A stretch of DNA of 54,982 bases from Synechococcus sp. SB0668_bin_13 (GCA_009836025.1 VXWH01000042.1:1-54982), one strand, 5' to 3'. Shown: positions 32,981-43,776, counted from the stretch's first letter. The notes: generated by a model not told the origin, from the sequence alone. Numbers and translations are program-made.

Positions 32981-35900
32981 CTAAGCCAAGGACTGCATGA
33001 GGGGCTCCCGGCGGGCTTCAAACTGTGCCTGGTTGAGTGCCTTGACCGTTGCGTCGGGATCGCAGACACGGAACTGGTGGCCAACACGCACATAGCGTCG
33101 TGCATTCTGGTGACGCAGTTCGATCACCACCGGACTTCTGGCCGGAACCCGCTCGTGGCTGCCCTGGCTCTGCAGGCATGTGCGCAGCTTTGCCTGGTAA
33201 GCCAGATCACCGGCCTGTCTGGCCTCCAGCGTCACCAGAACCAGGTTGAGGTCCTCCACCACAGAGCAGTCGTCAATAATCAGTTGCACCTGCTCATCAC
33301 GGCGATCCACGGTGGCCCACAACAACAGGCGGGTGTCCTCGCTCAGGTATTCATGCAGTTGGGCATAGGTCTTGGGGAACACCACCGCCTCGCAGCTTCC
33401 GCTCAGATCCTCCACGGTCAACACCCCCATGGGGTCTCCTTTGCGGGTGGTGACGACCTTGAGCACCGACACCATGACAATGGCGCTCACCTTGCGCTTG
33501 TCCGGCAACTGGTCCACATCAGCCAGGCTGACGGGGGCCAGCAGGCGGGCGGGATTGCGCAGTGGCTTCAGGGGATGGTCCGAAAGGTAAAAGCCCACAA
33601 TCTCCTTTTCCAGCCGTAATTTCTGATGCAGGTCATATTCGTGGGTGGCCGCGGCTTTGGGTGCGTTCTCCAGGGGGGCGCTGGAAGAACTGGTGGTGGA
33701 TGCAAGGTCAAAGATGCTTCCCTGACCACTGGCCCGGTCCTTGGCCCGGTCGCTGGCCCAACTGACCACCAACTCCATATCGGCCATCAACTGGGCTCGA
33801 TTGCCATGGGGCTCAAAGTCGTCAAGGGCGCCGCTGTGGATCAGGGCTTCCAGTGCCCGCTTGTTGAGCAACCCCATGGGTAACCGGTCACAAAGACCAG
33901 CCAGGGAATGGAACGGTCCCTCCTCGTCACGGCTGGCCAGGATTGCCTTGATGGCCCCTTCCCCCAGATTCCGCACAGCCCCCAGACCAAAGCGAATCTG
34001 CTGGCCAACGGGCGTGAAGTCCAGGCCCGATTCATTGATATCAGGCCGCAACACTTCAATCCCCATGGTATTGCAGTTGCCAATATAACGCTGTACTTTG
34101 TCACTGCTCCCGGAATTCACTGTCAGCAGGGCCGCCATATAGGCAACGGGATAATTGGCTTTGAGATATGCTGTTTGATAAGTTACGGCGCCATAGGCTG
34201 TTGAGTGACTCTTGTTAAAACAATACTCAGCAAATAGAACCATCTGATCAAATAACTTACTGGCAATGCGTTTGTCCACGCCATGATCTTGGGCGCCATT
34301 GATAAAGATAGTGCGATGTTTCTCCATCTCCGCGATCTTCTTTTTACCCATGGCTCGGCGCAGCAGGTCAGCTTGTCCTAAGGAGTACCCCGCCAGATCC
34401 TGGGCAATGCGCATGATCTGCTCCTGATAGACCATAATTCCGTAGGTCTCTTCCAGAATCGGCTGAAGCTTGGCATGGGTAACATGGGCGTCTTCACGTC
34501 CATGCTTGCGGTTAATGAATTTGGGAATCAGCCCCGCATCCAGTGGCCCCGGTCGGTAGAGGGCCAGTATGGATGAAAGATCTTCCAATGAGGAAGGGCG
34601 CAGGTCGCGCACAACCTGCCGCATGCCACCAGATTCCAACTGGAAAATGCCCTCCAGGTCTCCTTTGGACAACAAATCATAGGTGTCCTTATTATCTTGA
34701 GGGATGGTATATAGATCCAGAGGTTCATCCTGGTTTTGTTGAATCAACTCCAGAGCCTTGTCAATCATGGTCAGAGTCTTGAGGCCCAGAAAATCCATCT
34801 TGAGAAGCCCCATGGACTCCACGTCGTCCATGGGGTATTGGGTAATCACCTGGCCCTCGTTGCTGCGCTGCAGAGGCACCAGCTCATCAAGGGGATCCGC
34901 GCCAATCACTACGCCGGCAGCATGGACGCCATAGGTTTTGTTGGTTCCCTCAATGCGTAGGGCCAGATCAATCCAGCGGCGCACTTTTTCATCCTTCTTA
35001 TATTTTTCCCGAAACTCCAGCGCTGGACTCTCATCACTGAGCATGGTCTTGAGCTTTGCAGGCTTTCCGCGAACTACAGGAATCAATTTCGCGAGCCGGT
35101 CGGCTTCCCCGTAGGGTATGTCCAGAACCCGGGCCACATCTTTGAGGACGGCTTTTGACGTCATGCGGTTGAATGTGATAATTTGAGCCACGCGATCGCC
35201 ACCGTAGAGCCGGGTGACGTAGTCAATCACCTCGCCGCGGCGTTCAATACAGAAATCTGTATCAATATCAGGCATGGACTTGCGCTCAGGATTCAGAAAA
35301 CGCTCAAAGAGAAGGCCGTGATGCACAGGGTCAATGTTGGTAATTCCCAGGGCAAAGGCCACCAGAGAACCTGCTGCCGAGCCGCGACCAGGGCCCACAG
35401 GGATTTTCTGAAGGCGCGCAAAACGGATGTAGTCCCACACCACCAGGAAGTAGGTGGGAAATCCCATGCGTTCAATGATCTCCAGCTCCCGCTCCAGCCG
35501 CTCCGCATAGGTGGGATACCGGGAGACGGCGGCTTCCCATCCGGGTTGCTGAAGATGCTCTTGCAGGCCGTCACGGCTCACTTGGCGCAGATGGTCAATC
35601 GGCGTGGTCTGCCCAGGCAAGCCCGGGAAATGAGGCATACGGCATTTGCCGAGAATGTCGTAGTCTTTCACCTTCTCAGCCACAGCCAAGGTGTTGGCCA
35701 GAGCCCGTTGAATCACCTCTGGTTCCAGGTGGTCTTGAAACAGGCACGCCATCTCCTCTGGAGACTTGAGATACTCTGTTCCCGTATAGCGGAGCCGTTT
35801 CTCGTCTGTCACCATCTTGCCTGTGAGGACACAAAGCAAGGTGTCGTGGGCTTCCACATCTTGATTGCTCAGATAATGGGCGTCGTTGGTGGCAATGACT

Positions 35901-36505
35901 TCAATGCCAAGCCCATGGGCGATCTTGACAATCTCTGTATTCACAATCCTATCTTCATGGGAACCATGGTCCTGGATTTCCAAGTAGAAGTCCTCCCCCA
36001 AACAATTCTGATACCATGTAGCCACCTGACGGGCCACATCCAACCGTCCCCGCAAAATCGCCTGCGGGATTTCACCCCCAAGGCAAGCCGTGGAAACGAT
36101 GAGGCCTTCTTTGTGCTTTTCCAATAACTCTTTATCAATGCAGGGTCGGCTAAAGATTCCTCTGCCCCGCATTCCCTGTAGGTGGCTGATGCTGGTTAGC
36201 TTCACCAAATTACGATAGCCTTGATCATTTTTCGCCAGGACTACCAGATGATAACGGCGCTCTCGTTTTTGCTGCGGTGCCGCAATAGAGCCGTTAATAA
36301 TATACATTTCGTTACCGATAATGGGTTTGATGCCCGCTTGCCGGCACAGCTTTAGCAATTCAATGGCGCCATACATCACTCCATGGTCTGTGAGGGCCAA
36401 GGCGGGCATCTGCAGCGCCTTGGCACGGGCCACCAGTTGGGGGAGTTGGGAGGCTCCATCCAGGAGGCTGTAGTCACTGTGGTTGTGTAGTGCAACGAAG
36501 CTCAC
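32981..36505 (-). CDS. dnaE: DNA polymerase III alpha subunit (unsplit, no intein)
   Basis: [37 protein letters not shown]; GTG start inferred. Confidence 0.97.
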   Translation of the reverse strand: MSFVALHNHSDYSLLDGASQLPQLVARAKALQMPALALTDHGVMYGAIELLKLCRQAGIKPIIGNEMYIINGSIAAPQQKRERRYHLVVLAKNDQGYRNLVKLTSISHLQGMRGRGIFSRPCIDKELLEKHKEGLIVSTACLGGEIPQAILRGRLDVARQVATWYQNCLGEDFYLEIQDHGSHEDRIVNTEIVKIAHGLGIEVIATNDAHYLSNQDVEAHDTLLCVLTGKMVTDEKRLRYTGTEYLKSPEEMACLFQDHLEPEVIQRALANTLAVAEKVKDYDILGKCRMPHFPGLPGQTTPIDHLRQVSRDGLQEHLQQPGWEAAVSRYPTYAERLERELEIIERMGFPTYFLVVWDYIRFARLQKIPVGPGRGSAAGSLVAFALGITNIDPVHHGLLFERFLNPERKSMPDIDTDFCIERRGEVIDYVTRLYGGDRVAQIITFNRMTSKAVLKDVARVLDIPYGEADRLAKLIPVVRGKPAKLKTMLSDESPALEFREKYKKDEKVRRWIDLALRIEGTNKTYGVHAAGVVIGADPLDELVPLQRSNEGQVITQYPMDDVESMGLLKMDFLGLKTLTMIDKALELIQQNQDEPLDLYTIPQDNKDTYDLLSKGDLEGIFQLESGGMRQVVRDLRPSSLEDLSSILALYRPGPLDAGLIPKFINRKHGREDAHVTHAKLQPILEETYGIMVYQEQIMRIAQDLAGYSLGQADLLRRAMGKKKIAEMEKHRTIFINGAQDHGVDKRIASKLFDQMVLFAEYCFNKSHSTAYGAVTYQTAYLKANYPVAYMAALLTVNSGSSDKVQRYIGNCNTMGIEVLRPDINESGLDFTPVGQQIRFGLGAVRNLGEGAIKAILASRDEEGPFHSLAGLCDRLPMGLLNKRALEALIHSGALDDFEPHGNRAQLMADMELVVSWASDRAKDRASGQGSIFDLASTTSSSSAPLENAPKAAATHEYDLHQKLRLEKEIVGFYLSDHPLKPLRNPARLLAPVSLADVDQLPDKRKVSAIVMVSVLKVVTTRKGDPMGVLTVEDLSGSCEAVVFPKTYAQLHEYLSEDTRLLLWATVDRRDEQVQLIIDDCSVVEDLNLVLVTLEARQAGDLAYQAKLRTCLQSQGSHERVPARSPVVIELRHQNARRYVRVGHQFRVCDPDATVKALNQAQFEARREPLMQSLA

Positions 36506-36632
36506 ATCAGGCGTCGCATAGATCCGGGAAGCGTAGGACCAATCATGGGGGCGAGCGCCGGCAGTCGCCAGCAGCAAAAACTGTCCCAAGGCCCATGGGG
36601 GCCGACGGGATCCCGGTTCACCCCAAGGTCAC

Positions 36633-36853
36633 CACGGCTGCCCAGGGTCCGAAGCCCCGCCCTTCAGGGCGGTGTGCTAACTTGGAGGAGTGCTACTGCA
36701 CCGTCCGAACCTCGGGGCTCGGGGGGACGTTAAAGGGCCTGTGGAGGCGGCGTAAGACGGAGGAGTGTTTGGCTCCCTGCAGCGCCTGTGAACCAGGAAA
36801 TCCTGAGGGCGACTTCAGGAATCCTCGCCCTGAGAGGGCGAGGAGGATGTCAA
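36633..36853 (+). mobile_element. Non-autonomous IS200/IS605 mini-element (PATE-like) with no tnpA/tnpB
   Basis: TCAC target tetranucleotide; left end GAAG + hairpin ccgccct-tc-agggcgg; right end GAAT + hairpin tcctcgccct-gag-agggcgagga + ggatgTCAA. Confidence 0.85.
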
Positions 36854-36870
36854 TTGCACATTGATCCCAT
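36690..36870 (+). ncRNA. TnpB-associated omegaRNA/reRNA-like scaffold plus 3' guide
   Basis: GCCTGTGGAG...GTAAGAC...TGAACCAGGAA plus hairpins, typical of tnpB 3'/right-end regions; boundaries approximate. Confidence 0.65.
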
Positions 36871-36875
36871 GACCT

Positions 36876-37628
36876 TTGGTTGCATCTCTCAATCCCTGGT
36901 GGGTGGGACTGCTGGTGAACGGGGGGCTCATTCTTCTGGTTCATCGCCTGCCGGTGCTCACCGCCCGAGGCTGGTTCCACGGCGGCGCACTGGGCACCAT
37001 GCTTTGGGGAACCATGGGCTGGCCCGGCTGGCTCACCGTTGTCCTCTACCTGGCATTGGGTTCAGCGGTGACCCGCCTCGGCCTCAAGCGCAAGCAGGCG
37101 CTCCAGTTGGCGGAAGCCCGTGGCGGGCGCCGTGGTCCAGGCAACCTTTGGGGATCTGCGGCAACGGGTTTGAGCCTGGCCGTGCTCACCACCATGGCGC
37201 CCGGGGCAGGATCTCTGCTGACCCTGGGCTTTGTGGCCAGTTTTGCCGCCAAGCTGGGGGATACATGGGGCAGTGAAATTGGCAAACGCTGGGGTGGGCG
37301 CACCCTGCTCATCACCACCCTCCAACCGGTGCCCGCAGGTACGGAGGGGGCCATCAGTTTCACCGGCACGGTCGCTGGCATGGTGACCATTGCCGTCTAT
37401 ACAGCCCTGGCCCTGGCCCTGCTGAGGCCGTCCATTGGTCCTGGTCCCTTGGCGCAGCTTGTGCTCCTGGGTGCTGCCGCCGCCACCGCCACCATGGTGG
37501 AAAGCTGGATCGGGGCCACATGGCAAGGGCGCGTGGCGTGGTTGACCAATGAACTGGTCAACGCTGCCCTCACTATTGTGGCGGCGCTCCTGGCCATGGG
37601 TGCTGCGGTGGGACTGGGTTGGCGCTGA
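36876..37628 (+). CDS. DUF92/TMEM19 family membrane protein
   Basis: AEARGGRRGPGNLWGS, KLGDTWGSEIGK, GTEGAIS, TNELVN. Confidence 0.9.
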   Translation: MVASLNPWWVGLLVNGGLILLVHRLPVLTARGWFHGGALGTMLWGTMGWPGWLTVVLYLALGSAVTRLGLKRKQALQLAEARGGRRGPGNLWGSAATGLSLAVLTTMAPGAGSLLTLGFVASFAAKLGDTWGSEIGKRWGGRTLLITTLQPVPAGTEGAISFTGTVAGMVTIAVYTALALALLRPSIGPGPLAQLVLLGAAAATATMVESWIGATWQGRVAWLTNELVNAALTIVAALLAMGAAVGLGWR

Positions 37629-37656
37629 GGTCGCCCGGTGGCTGCGGGTGGGCGAG

Positions 37657-38457
37657 TCACTCACCACTCACCATGGGGCTGAGTTGATGCTGAAGCTGCT
37701 GCAGAATGGCACGGAGCCGTCGGCTGGTGACCCGCACACTGACGCCTTCCCGACGAGCCAACTCCCGCTGACTCAGCCCATCAACAACACGCCACTTGAG
37801 GAGCCGCTGTGCATCCGCCCCCAGACGTGCGATCAAATGTTGCAGATGGTCATGAAGTTCGGCGTTGTCATCCTCCGGGGGTGGCGGTGCAGAGAGCAGA
37901 TCCAGCAGGGGTAGGTATTCATCCTCGGTGTCGAGGCCAACGATACATTGATCCAGGCTGCAGAGCCGCAGACTACGCTTCGCCTGACAGGCTTGTTGCC
38001 ACCGCATTGGGGTGATTGCCAGTGCTGCACAAAGCTCCGTTTCCGTGAGGGGCCGGCCAGAGCGACTTGCCATGGCCTCCTGGAGTTTGGCGCCGCGGGA
38101 ATGGAATTCCAACAAGCGGCGCGAGACACGAACAAGACTCACACGGTCCCTGAGATAATGAAGAATCTCGCCACGGATCAGCGGCACGGCAAAGGAACTG
38201 AAGGCGTAGCCGGCGTGTGGATCAAAGCGGTCCACGGCCTTGATCAACCCCAGGCTGCCAATCTGGACCAGATCGTCAAAATCCAGGCTGTAACGCCGAA
38301 CCATACGACCAGCCACCTGCCGCACCAGGCGGCTGTTCATTTCAACAATGCGATTGCGCAGATCAAATGTATCATCATTTTGATGACGATTTCGGATTAA
38401 CACCGTAAACAGTTGACGTGTTTCCGTGACAATGTCACGTGTCTCACGGGATGGCAT
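37657..38457 (-). CDS. sigF: Group 3 sigma factor (SigF-type)
   Basis: DDLVQIGSLGLIKAVDRFD, FSSFAVPLIRGEILHYLRD. Confidence 0.8.
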   Translation of the reverse strand: MPSRETRDIVTETRQLFTVLIRNRHQNDDTFDLRNRIVEMNSRLVRQVAGRMVRRYSLDFDDLVQIGSLGLIKAVDRFDPHAGYAFSSFAVPLIRGEILHYLRDRVSLVRVSRRLLEFHSRGAKLQEAMASRSGRPLTETELCAALAITPMRWQQACQAKRSLRLCSLDQCIVGLDTEDEYLPLLDLLSAPPPPEDDNAELHDHLQHLIARLGADAQRLLKWRVVDGLSQRELARREGVSVRVTSRRLRAILQQLQHQLSPMVSGE

Positions 38458-38602
38458 TAAGATAATGCAAGCATATTTACGGTCTACGAATTCCGGGCCA
38501 ATGGCATCCTCCCAAATGCTGAAAAATCATCCGCCAAAAGGCGGATTCTTAGGGCCGTGACCCCAGACGAAAGAAGGAGGGACACGATCCGGGCAGGATG
38601 AA

Positions 38603-39769
38603 TCAAAGCCCGGCCAGAAACCTCTGCAACCGTTCCAGACCGCGCTGCAAGGTGGTGGTGTCCGTGGCAAAGGAGAGGCGGACGGCGTGGTCATCGCCAA
38701 AGGCGGCGCCGGGCACGATGGCCACCCCGGCTTCCGCCAGAAGGCGCTCGCAAAACACCACTGAACCCAGGTTGGTGGCGGCAATGTCGAGAAAGGCGTA
38801 GAAGGCTCCTTGTGGCGCCCGGCCATGGACATGCCTCATGGCTCCCATGGCCTGGAGCAATACTTGGCGCCGCTGGGCAAAAGCTTCCACCATGGTGCGG
38901 ACGCACGCCCGCGACCCATGGAGCGCCGCCAGGCCCCCATGTTGCACGAAGCTGCACATGTTGCTGGTGCTCTGGCTCTGGAGCGCCGCGGCTTTGCGCA
39001 AGACGGGTCGAGGCCCCGCCAGGTAGCCCAGCCGCCACCCGGTCATGGCCCAGTTCTTGGAAAAGCCGTTGACCACAAAGGTGCGCTCGGCCAGGTCCGG
39101 GGCCACGGCCCCAAAGCTCACATGACGGTTCCGATCATAGAGGATGTATTCATAGATCTCGTCACTCACCAGCGCCACATGGGGATGCTGGCGCAGCACA
39201 CTGGCCAGTTCCGCCAGAGCCTGCTCCGGGTAAACCGTGCCCGTCGGGTTGGCGGGGCTATTGATCACCAGCAGCCGGGTGCGGGGTGTGATGGCCGCCG
39301 CCAGGGCTGCAGGGCTGAGTTGGTGGTTCTGATCCCGGCGGGTGGGAACAATCACGCTGCGGCCGCCAGCCAGGTTCACCATGGGAGGATAACTGAGCCA
39401 GTAGGGCGCTGGAAGAATCACCTCGTCACCGGGATCCAGCAGCACTTGAAAGAGGCTGTACAGTGCTTGCTTGGCACCGTTGCTGACCATGATTTCATCG
39501 GGGCCGTAGGTCAGCTTGTTCTCCTGTTGAAGCTTGTCGGCGATGGCCTCCCGCAGGGAAGGCTCCCCTGCCGCCGGGCCGTAGCGGGTGTGGCCAGCCT
39601 GCATGGCCGCTTCCGCCGCCCGACAGATGAAAGGCGGAGTCGGGAAATCCGGCTCACCGGTGCTGAGACTGCAAATGTCTTCCCCCTGCTGCCGCAGGTC
39701 GCGGGCCCTGGCGCTGATGGCCAGAGTGAGGGAAGGCTGGAGTTGTTGGGCCCTCTCAGCAAGCTTCAT
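38603..39769 (-). CDS. Class I/II PLP aminotransferase (aspartate aminotransferase-like)
   Basis: GEPDF, NGAKQA, NSPANPTG, SDEIY, GFSKNWAMTGWRLG. Confidence 0.92.
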   Translation of the reverse strand: MKLAERAQQLQPSLTLAISARARDLRQQGEDICSLSTGEPDFPTPPFICRAAEAAMQAGHTRYGPAAGEPSLREAIADKLQQENKLTYGPDEIMVSNGAKQALYSLFQVLLDPGDEVILPAPYWLSYPPMVNLAGGRSVIVPTRRDQNHQLSPAALAAAITPRTRLLVINSPANPTGTVYPEQALAELASVLRQHPHVALVSDEIYEYILYDRNRHVSFGAVAPDLAERTFVVNGFSKNWAMTGWRLGYLAGPRPVLRKAAALQSQSTSNMCSFVQHGGLAALHGSRACVRTMVEAFAQRRQVLLQAMGAMRHVHGRAPQGAFYAFLDIAATNLGSVVFCERLLAEAGVAIVPGAAFGDDHAVRLSFATDTTTLQRGLERLQRFLAGL

Positions 39770-39841
39770 GTGTTTTCGCGACCACATCTCGCGACATCTG
39801 TTTTCAGTGTAATCCGGCCGTCCCCGCCACAGAATGAACCC

Positions 39842-40234
39842 ATGGTTGAGGATGCCCGTCCCGACGGCATAGCGCCTCGCTGCTGTCTGGTGCTGGCCAG
39901 CCGGAATCCCCGGCGCCTGGCTGATTTTTACGCGCAGCTTGTTGACGGTGGGGCCATCACCGTTGCTCCAGCAGGAGCCATCACGATCCGTCTGCCTACA
40001 GGGATGGACATGGTGTTGTATCGCCCCTCTCGCCAGCGCCCCCAACCCTGGAACCGGAAGGGGGAGTGCCTGGCCCTCTGTCTCCGTTGCACCCACCTGG
40101 AATGCACGCGCCAACGGGCCATGGCCCTGGGGGCCAAGGTGCTGGAGCCTCTCCAGGAGGAGGCCTTCGGGCGGGAGCAATGGCTGCTGGATCCCGAAGG
40201 CAACCGTGTGCTGTTGTGGGAAGACCCCCCATAG
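39842..40234 (+). CDS. VOC/glyoxalase-family protein
   Basis: LADFY...FGREQWLLDPEGN. Confidence 0.8.
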   Translation: MVEDARPDGIAPRCCLVLASRNPRRLADFYAQLVDGGAITVAPAGAITIRLPTGMDMVLYRPSRQRPQPWNRKGECLALCLRCTHLECTRQRAMALGAKVLEPLQEEAFGREQWLLDPEGNRVLLWEDPP

Positions 40235-40266
40235 CCCACATGGGGCGCCCGGTCTAGACTGAGCCC

Positions 40267-40989
40267 ATGAGCATCCAGCGCAGTCAGCTCGATCTTTTCT
40301 CCGCAGGCGCAACCCCCACTGAACATCCACCCAGTGGGCCGCCGCCATCACCACTTGCTGTGGCGACCATCCAGGAGGGGGCGAGCGAAGACGGTTGGGA
40401 GGCATTGACCAGGGAGTGCCTGGACTGCCGCCGCTGTGAACTGGCGGCCACCCGCACCCATGTGGTCATCAGCCGGGGCAATCCCCTGGCGCGGCTCATG
40501 CTCATCGGGGAGGGTCCCGGCCAGCACGAAGATGAAACGGGCCTCCCCTTTGTGGGACGAGCTGGCAAACTCCTGGATCAAATCCTGGCCAGCGTGGGCC
40601 TTGACCAGGAGCAGGACATCTACATCTGCAACGTGGTCAAGTGTCGACCTCCCGGCAACCGCAAGCCCACGCTGGAAGAAATGGCCCACTGTCGTCCATG
40701 GCTTCAGCGCCAGATTCAACTGGTAAATCCGGACATGGTGCTGCTGGCGGGATCCACCGCCATGACGGGGGTGCTGGGCATCAAAACCGGCATCACCAGG
40801 ATGCGGGGCCAATGGATTGAACGGGACGGCAGGGTCTATATGCCCGTCTTCCATCCGTCGTTTCTGTTGCGCAACGCATCACGGCAGAAGGGGCAACCCA
40901 AATGGCTCACCTGGGAAGACTTCAAAGCCGTCCGCGCCCGCCTGGATAAGCTGGAGGCAAGCGCTCAAGCCCGTGAAACCCTTCATTGA
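40267..40989 (+). CDS. Uracil-DNA glycosylase, family 4
   Basis: [31 protein letters not shown]. Confidence 0.93.
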   Translation: MSIQRSQLDLFSAGATPTEHPPSGPPPSPLAVATIQEGASEDGWEALTRECLDCRRCELAATRTHVVISRGNPLARLMLIGEGPGQHEDETGLPFVGRAGKLLDQILASVGLDQEQDIYICNVVKCRPPGNRKPTLEEMAHCRPWLQRQIQLVNPDMVLLAGSTAMTGVLGIKTGITRMRGQWIERDGRVYMPVFHPSFLLRNASRQKGQPKWLTWEDFKAVRARLDKLEASAQARETLH

Positions 40990-41512
40990 TCCCACCGCCG
41001 GGGAACTGGTGGTGAGTTGGGAGCAATACCATGCCCTGATCGAGCATCTGGCTTTGTTGATTCATGACCGTGGCTGCCCCTTTGACCAGGTGGTGGCCCT
41101 CTCCCGTGGCGGTCTGCGGGTGGGGGACGTGATTTCCCGACTCTTCAACCGCCCCCTGGTGGTGATGGCGGTCAGCAGCTACGGGGGCGCCAACGGCCGG
41201 GAGCAGGGCGGCGTGCGGGTGGGGCAGAACCTGGCCCACACCTGTCCGCGGCTTGGGGCCCACCTGCTGCTGGTGGATGATCTGGCGGATCGGGGCACCA
41301 CGCTGGGGGCGGCAACCACATGGCTGCGCCGGTCCATCAGACCGGATTCCCTTACCACCGCTGTGCTCTGGCTGAAACGCCACAGCGCCCTGCGCCCCCA
41401 TATCTGGGCCATGGAACTGCCGGCCAGCCCCTGGATTCTCCAGCCGTTTGAGCGCTACGAGCAACTCACGCCGGCAGGCTTGCTGCGGCAAATCGCAGGG
41501 TCGTCGGCATGA
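40973..41512 (+). CDS. Purine phosphoribosyltransferase
   Basis: LSRGG, LLVDDLADRGTT PRPP-binding motif, WILQPFE. Confidence 0.88.
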   Translation: MKPFIDPTAGELVVSWEQYHALIEHLALLIHDRGCPFDQVVALSRGGLRVGDVISRLFNRPLVVMAVSSYGGANGREQGGVRVGQNLAHTCPRLGAHLLLVDDLADRGTTLGAATTWLRRSIRPDSLTTAVLWLKRHSALRPHIWAMELPASPWILQPFERYEQLTPAGLLRQIAGSSA

Positions 41513-41516
41513 ACGC

Positions 41517-42854
41517 TCAGCCCATCACCCCCTGCACGGCCCTCTCCAGGGCACCATAGCACTGCTCCAGTTGCTCCTCGTTCATGGAGAGGGGGGGCAG
41601 CAGGTACAGCACATGACCCAGGGGCCGCACGAACACCCCGTCTTCCAGGCAGGCCCGCTGGATCTGCCGCCCTGCCTGGTGCAGATAGCCGGGTTGACTC
41701 ACCTGTAGATCAACGGCGGCAATGGTGCCGCAGAGGCGGGGGTGCTCCAGGCCGGGCAGCCGCGCCAGGGTCTCCAGGTGGGGGCGGTGCCGGTCGGCAA
41801 AGCTCTGGTAGCGCTCCGGATGGGCATTCAACAGCGTCAGGCTGGCATTGGCGGCCGCACAACCCAGGGGATTGGCAGTGAAGCTATGGCCATGGAAGAA
41901 GGTGTGCCGTGGGTTGTCCGCCACGAAGGCCTGGTAGACGCTCTCCCGCGCCAGGCTCACGGCCATGGGCAGAAAGCCCCCGGTCAATCCCTTGGAGAGG
42001 GCCACAAGATCCGGCTCGATGCCGGCCCGCCTGCTGGCAAACAACGCTCCCGTGCGCCCGAAACCCGTCATCACCTCATCGGCAACCAGCAGGGCGCCTG
42101 CCGCCCTGACCCGCTGGGCCACCCGTTGGAGGAAACCTGGACGCACCATGGCCATGCCCCCGGCCCCTTGCACCAGCGGTTCAATGATCACCGCTGCGGT
42201 GGGGGTCTCCAGAAGTTGGTCCAGGTGTTGCAGTGCGGATTGCTCTCGTTCCTCCACGGTGTCGTCCCCCCACCATGTGGCTGGACACCGGCAGCGGGCC
42301 ACGGCAAAGAGCAGAGGCTCGAAGGGGACGGTAAACAGGGAGCGGGCCCCCAGCGCCATGGCACCGAAGGTGTCGCCGTGATAGGCGCCGTCAAAGGCGA
42401 TCAACTGCTGACGCGGCTCCCCCCGGTTGTGCCAATACTGCAGCGCCATCTTGAGGCATACTTCCACCGCCGTGGAGCCGTTATCCGAGAAAAACAACCG
42501 ATCCAGACCAGGCCAGGCTCGGCAGAGCCGCTGGGCCAGAGTGACCGCCGGATCATGGCTGAAATCGGCAAAGATCACCTGCTCCAGCTTCCGGGCCTGC
42601 TGGGCAATGGCCGCGGCAATGGTGGGCTCCCCATGTCCATGCAGGGTCACCCACCAACTGCTGATGGCATCCAGCACCCGGCGACCGTCCGCCAACTCCA
42701 GCCAGGGGCCGTGACCGGCGCGCACCATCCGGGGCGGATCATGGCGGGCCTCCTGGGCAAAGGGGTGCCAGAGATGGGGATGCCAACAGCCGTGGGGAAC
42801 CTGCTCGGGTTTCCGGGGAGGGCCTCCCATGGGGCAAGGCGCAGCGAGATGCAT
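41517..42854 (-). CDS. bioA: Adenosylmethionine--8-amino-7-oxononanoate aminotransferase
   Basis: LWHPF, DAISSWW, YHGDT, DEVMTGFGRTG, SKGLTGG; start may be 42830. Confidence 0.93.
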   Translation of the reverse strand: MHLAAPCPMGGPPRKPEQVPHGCWHPHLWHPFAQEARHDPPRMVRAGHGPWLELADGRRVLDAISSWWVTLHGHGEPTIAAAIAQQARKLEQVIFADFSHDPAVTLAQRLCRAWPGLDRLFFSDNGSTAVEVCLKMALQYWHNRGEPRQQLIAFDGAYHGDTFGAMALGARSLFTVPFEPLLFAVARCRCPATWWGDDTVEEREQSALQHLDQLLETPTAAVIIEPLVQGAGGMAMVRPGFLQRVAQRVRAAGALLVADEVMTGFGRTGALFASRRAGIEPDLVALSKGLTGGFLPMAVSLARESVYQAFVADNPRHTFFHGHSFTANPLGCAAANASLTLLNAHPERYQSFADRHRPHLETLARLPGLEHPRLCGTIAAVDLQVSQPGYLHQAGRQIQRACLEDGVFVRPLGHVLYLLPPLSMNEEQLEQCYGALERAVQGVMG

Positions 42855-42864
42855 CTTAACCTGG

Positions 42865-43035
42865 CCCCAGTTCTGGATGAGGTCAGGCGTGGCTTGTGAT
42901 GTTCGCGGTGGGGTGGGGAATGGGGTGATCTTTTCCCCGTCGGAGGTGACGGGACGCCAAGTCCAGATCCCATTGCTGTCCCTGCTGATGGAGCCGGTTG
43001 CTCAAGGCCAGGTGTCGTTTCAGACAACCCGAGCA
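42865..43035 (-). mobile_element. IS end plus short transposase C-terminal remnant (possibly IS1380-like)
   Basis: ccccagttctggatgaggtcagg is 22/23 identical to 54931-54953. A minus-strand remnant LALSNRLHQQGQQWDLDL runs into it. Family is tentative. Confidence 0.6.
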
Positions 43036-43087
43036 CAAGGGCGGGGCTTCTATCCCAGGACAGCCTGGGTCAAGATACCCTGGCGCC

Positions 43088-43654
43088 TCAACAGTTGACC
43101 AATTCTCGCTTCCGGACACCTACGGCTGGCGGATCGGGGCGTTGCCGAGCTTGGGCACTCGTCTCCCACTGTTGCGCCAAGTGATGCACTACCTGGAGAG
43201 TGAGCAGAATCAGGACACCAAGCACGGAGAGCAGGAGCACCACCGCATCCTCACCAACGGAGATGGCTGCCGTCTGATTTTCATGGACTGGCGTCGGGGA
43301 GTGGTCTACCGGATGTTGCGGTGCCGTTTCCTCTGTTTGGGGCGCTGGGGGAGGAGCGGGGGAATCAGCCACGCTCAGCGCCTCGGAAACCGAAAGCCCA
43401 TCCGGATCTGGCCTGGGAACAGGATGGGCAAACAGCGGTGGATCACCCATGGGCTCGCCGATGGGCCCACATCGGGTGACGGAGAGAATGGTATCCCCGG
43501 CCAGGAGAAGTCGCCGATGAGTCGACTGCAGACGATTCAGGGGAACCATGATATGACGCTGGCCAACAAGCCGTCCAGAGGAGTACCCAGACTCCTGAAC
43601 AGTGATGGTGAACAGAGTTGTGGACTCAGGGCCAGCCGCAAGCAAGACATTCAT
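43088..43654 (-). CDS. CpcD-like domain + Pro-rich linker + TM helix protein
   Basis: FTITV...IMVPLNRLQSTHRRLLLAGDTILSVT resembles the CpcD/ApcC linker domain; hydrophobic AVVLLLSVLGVLILLTLQVV. Confidence 0.6.
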   Translation of the reverse strand: MNVLLAAGPESTTLFTITVQESGYSSGRLVGQRHIMVPLNRLQSTHRRLLLAGDTILSVTRCGPIGEPMGDPPLFAHPVPRPDPDGLSVSEALSVADSPAPPPAPQTEETAPQHPVDHSPTPVHENQTAAISVGEDAVVLLLSVLGVLILLTLQVVHHLAQQWETSAQARQRPDPPAVGVRKRELVNC

Positions 43655-43776
43655 GGGAACTGCTGGAAGTCTGGATTCTCCAGAGGCTAGGTGGTATTGC
43701 GTGACAACTCCATTGCCATAATCATGGCAAGGACCCAGGTCCTTGCGGTCTTGCAGGATATTCCGTCGTAACGAAG

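Noticed and set aside
34200-34240. Split or intein-containing DnaE
   Set aside because: AEY-CFNKSH is contiguous at the usual intein site; dnaE is a single ORF.
35191-35200. HIP1 (GCGATCGC) repeat system
   Set aside because: Only an isolated instance noticed; no enrichment.
36854-36873. In-window target for the putative omegaRNA guide
   Set aside because: By eye, only 10-11 nt partial matches (near 23022 and 44894), not covering the guide 5' end or adjacent to TCAC.
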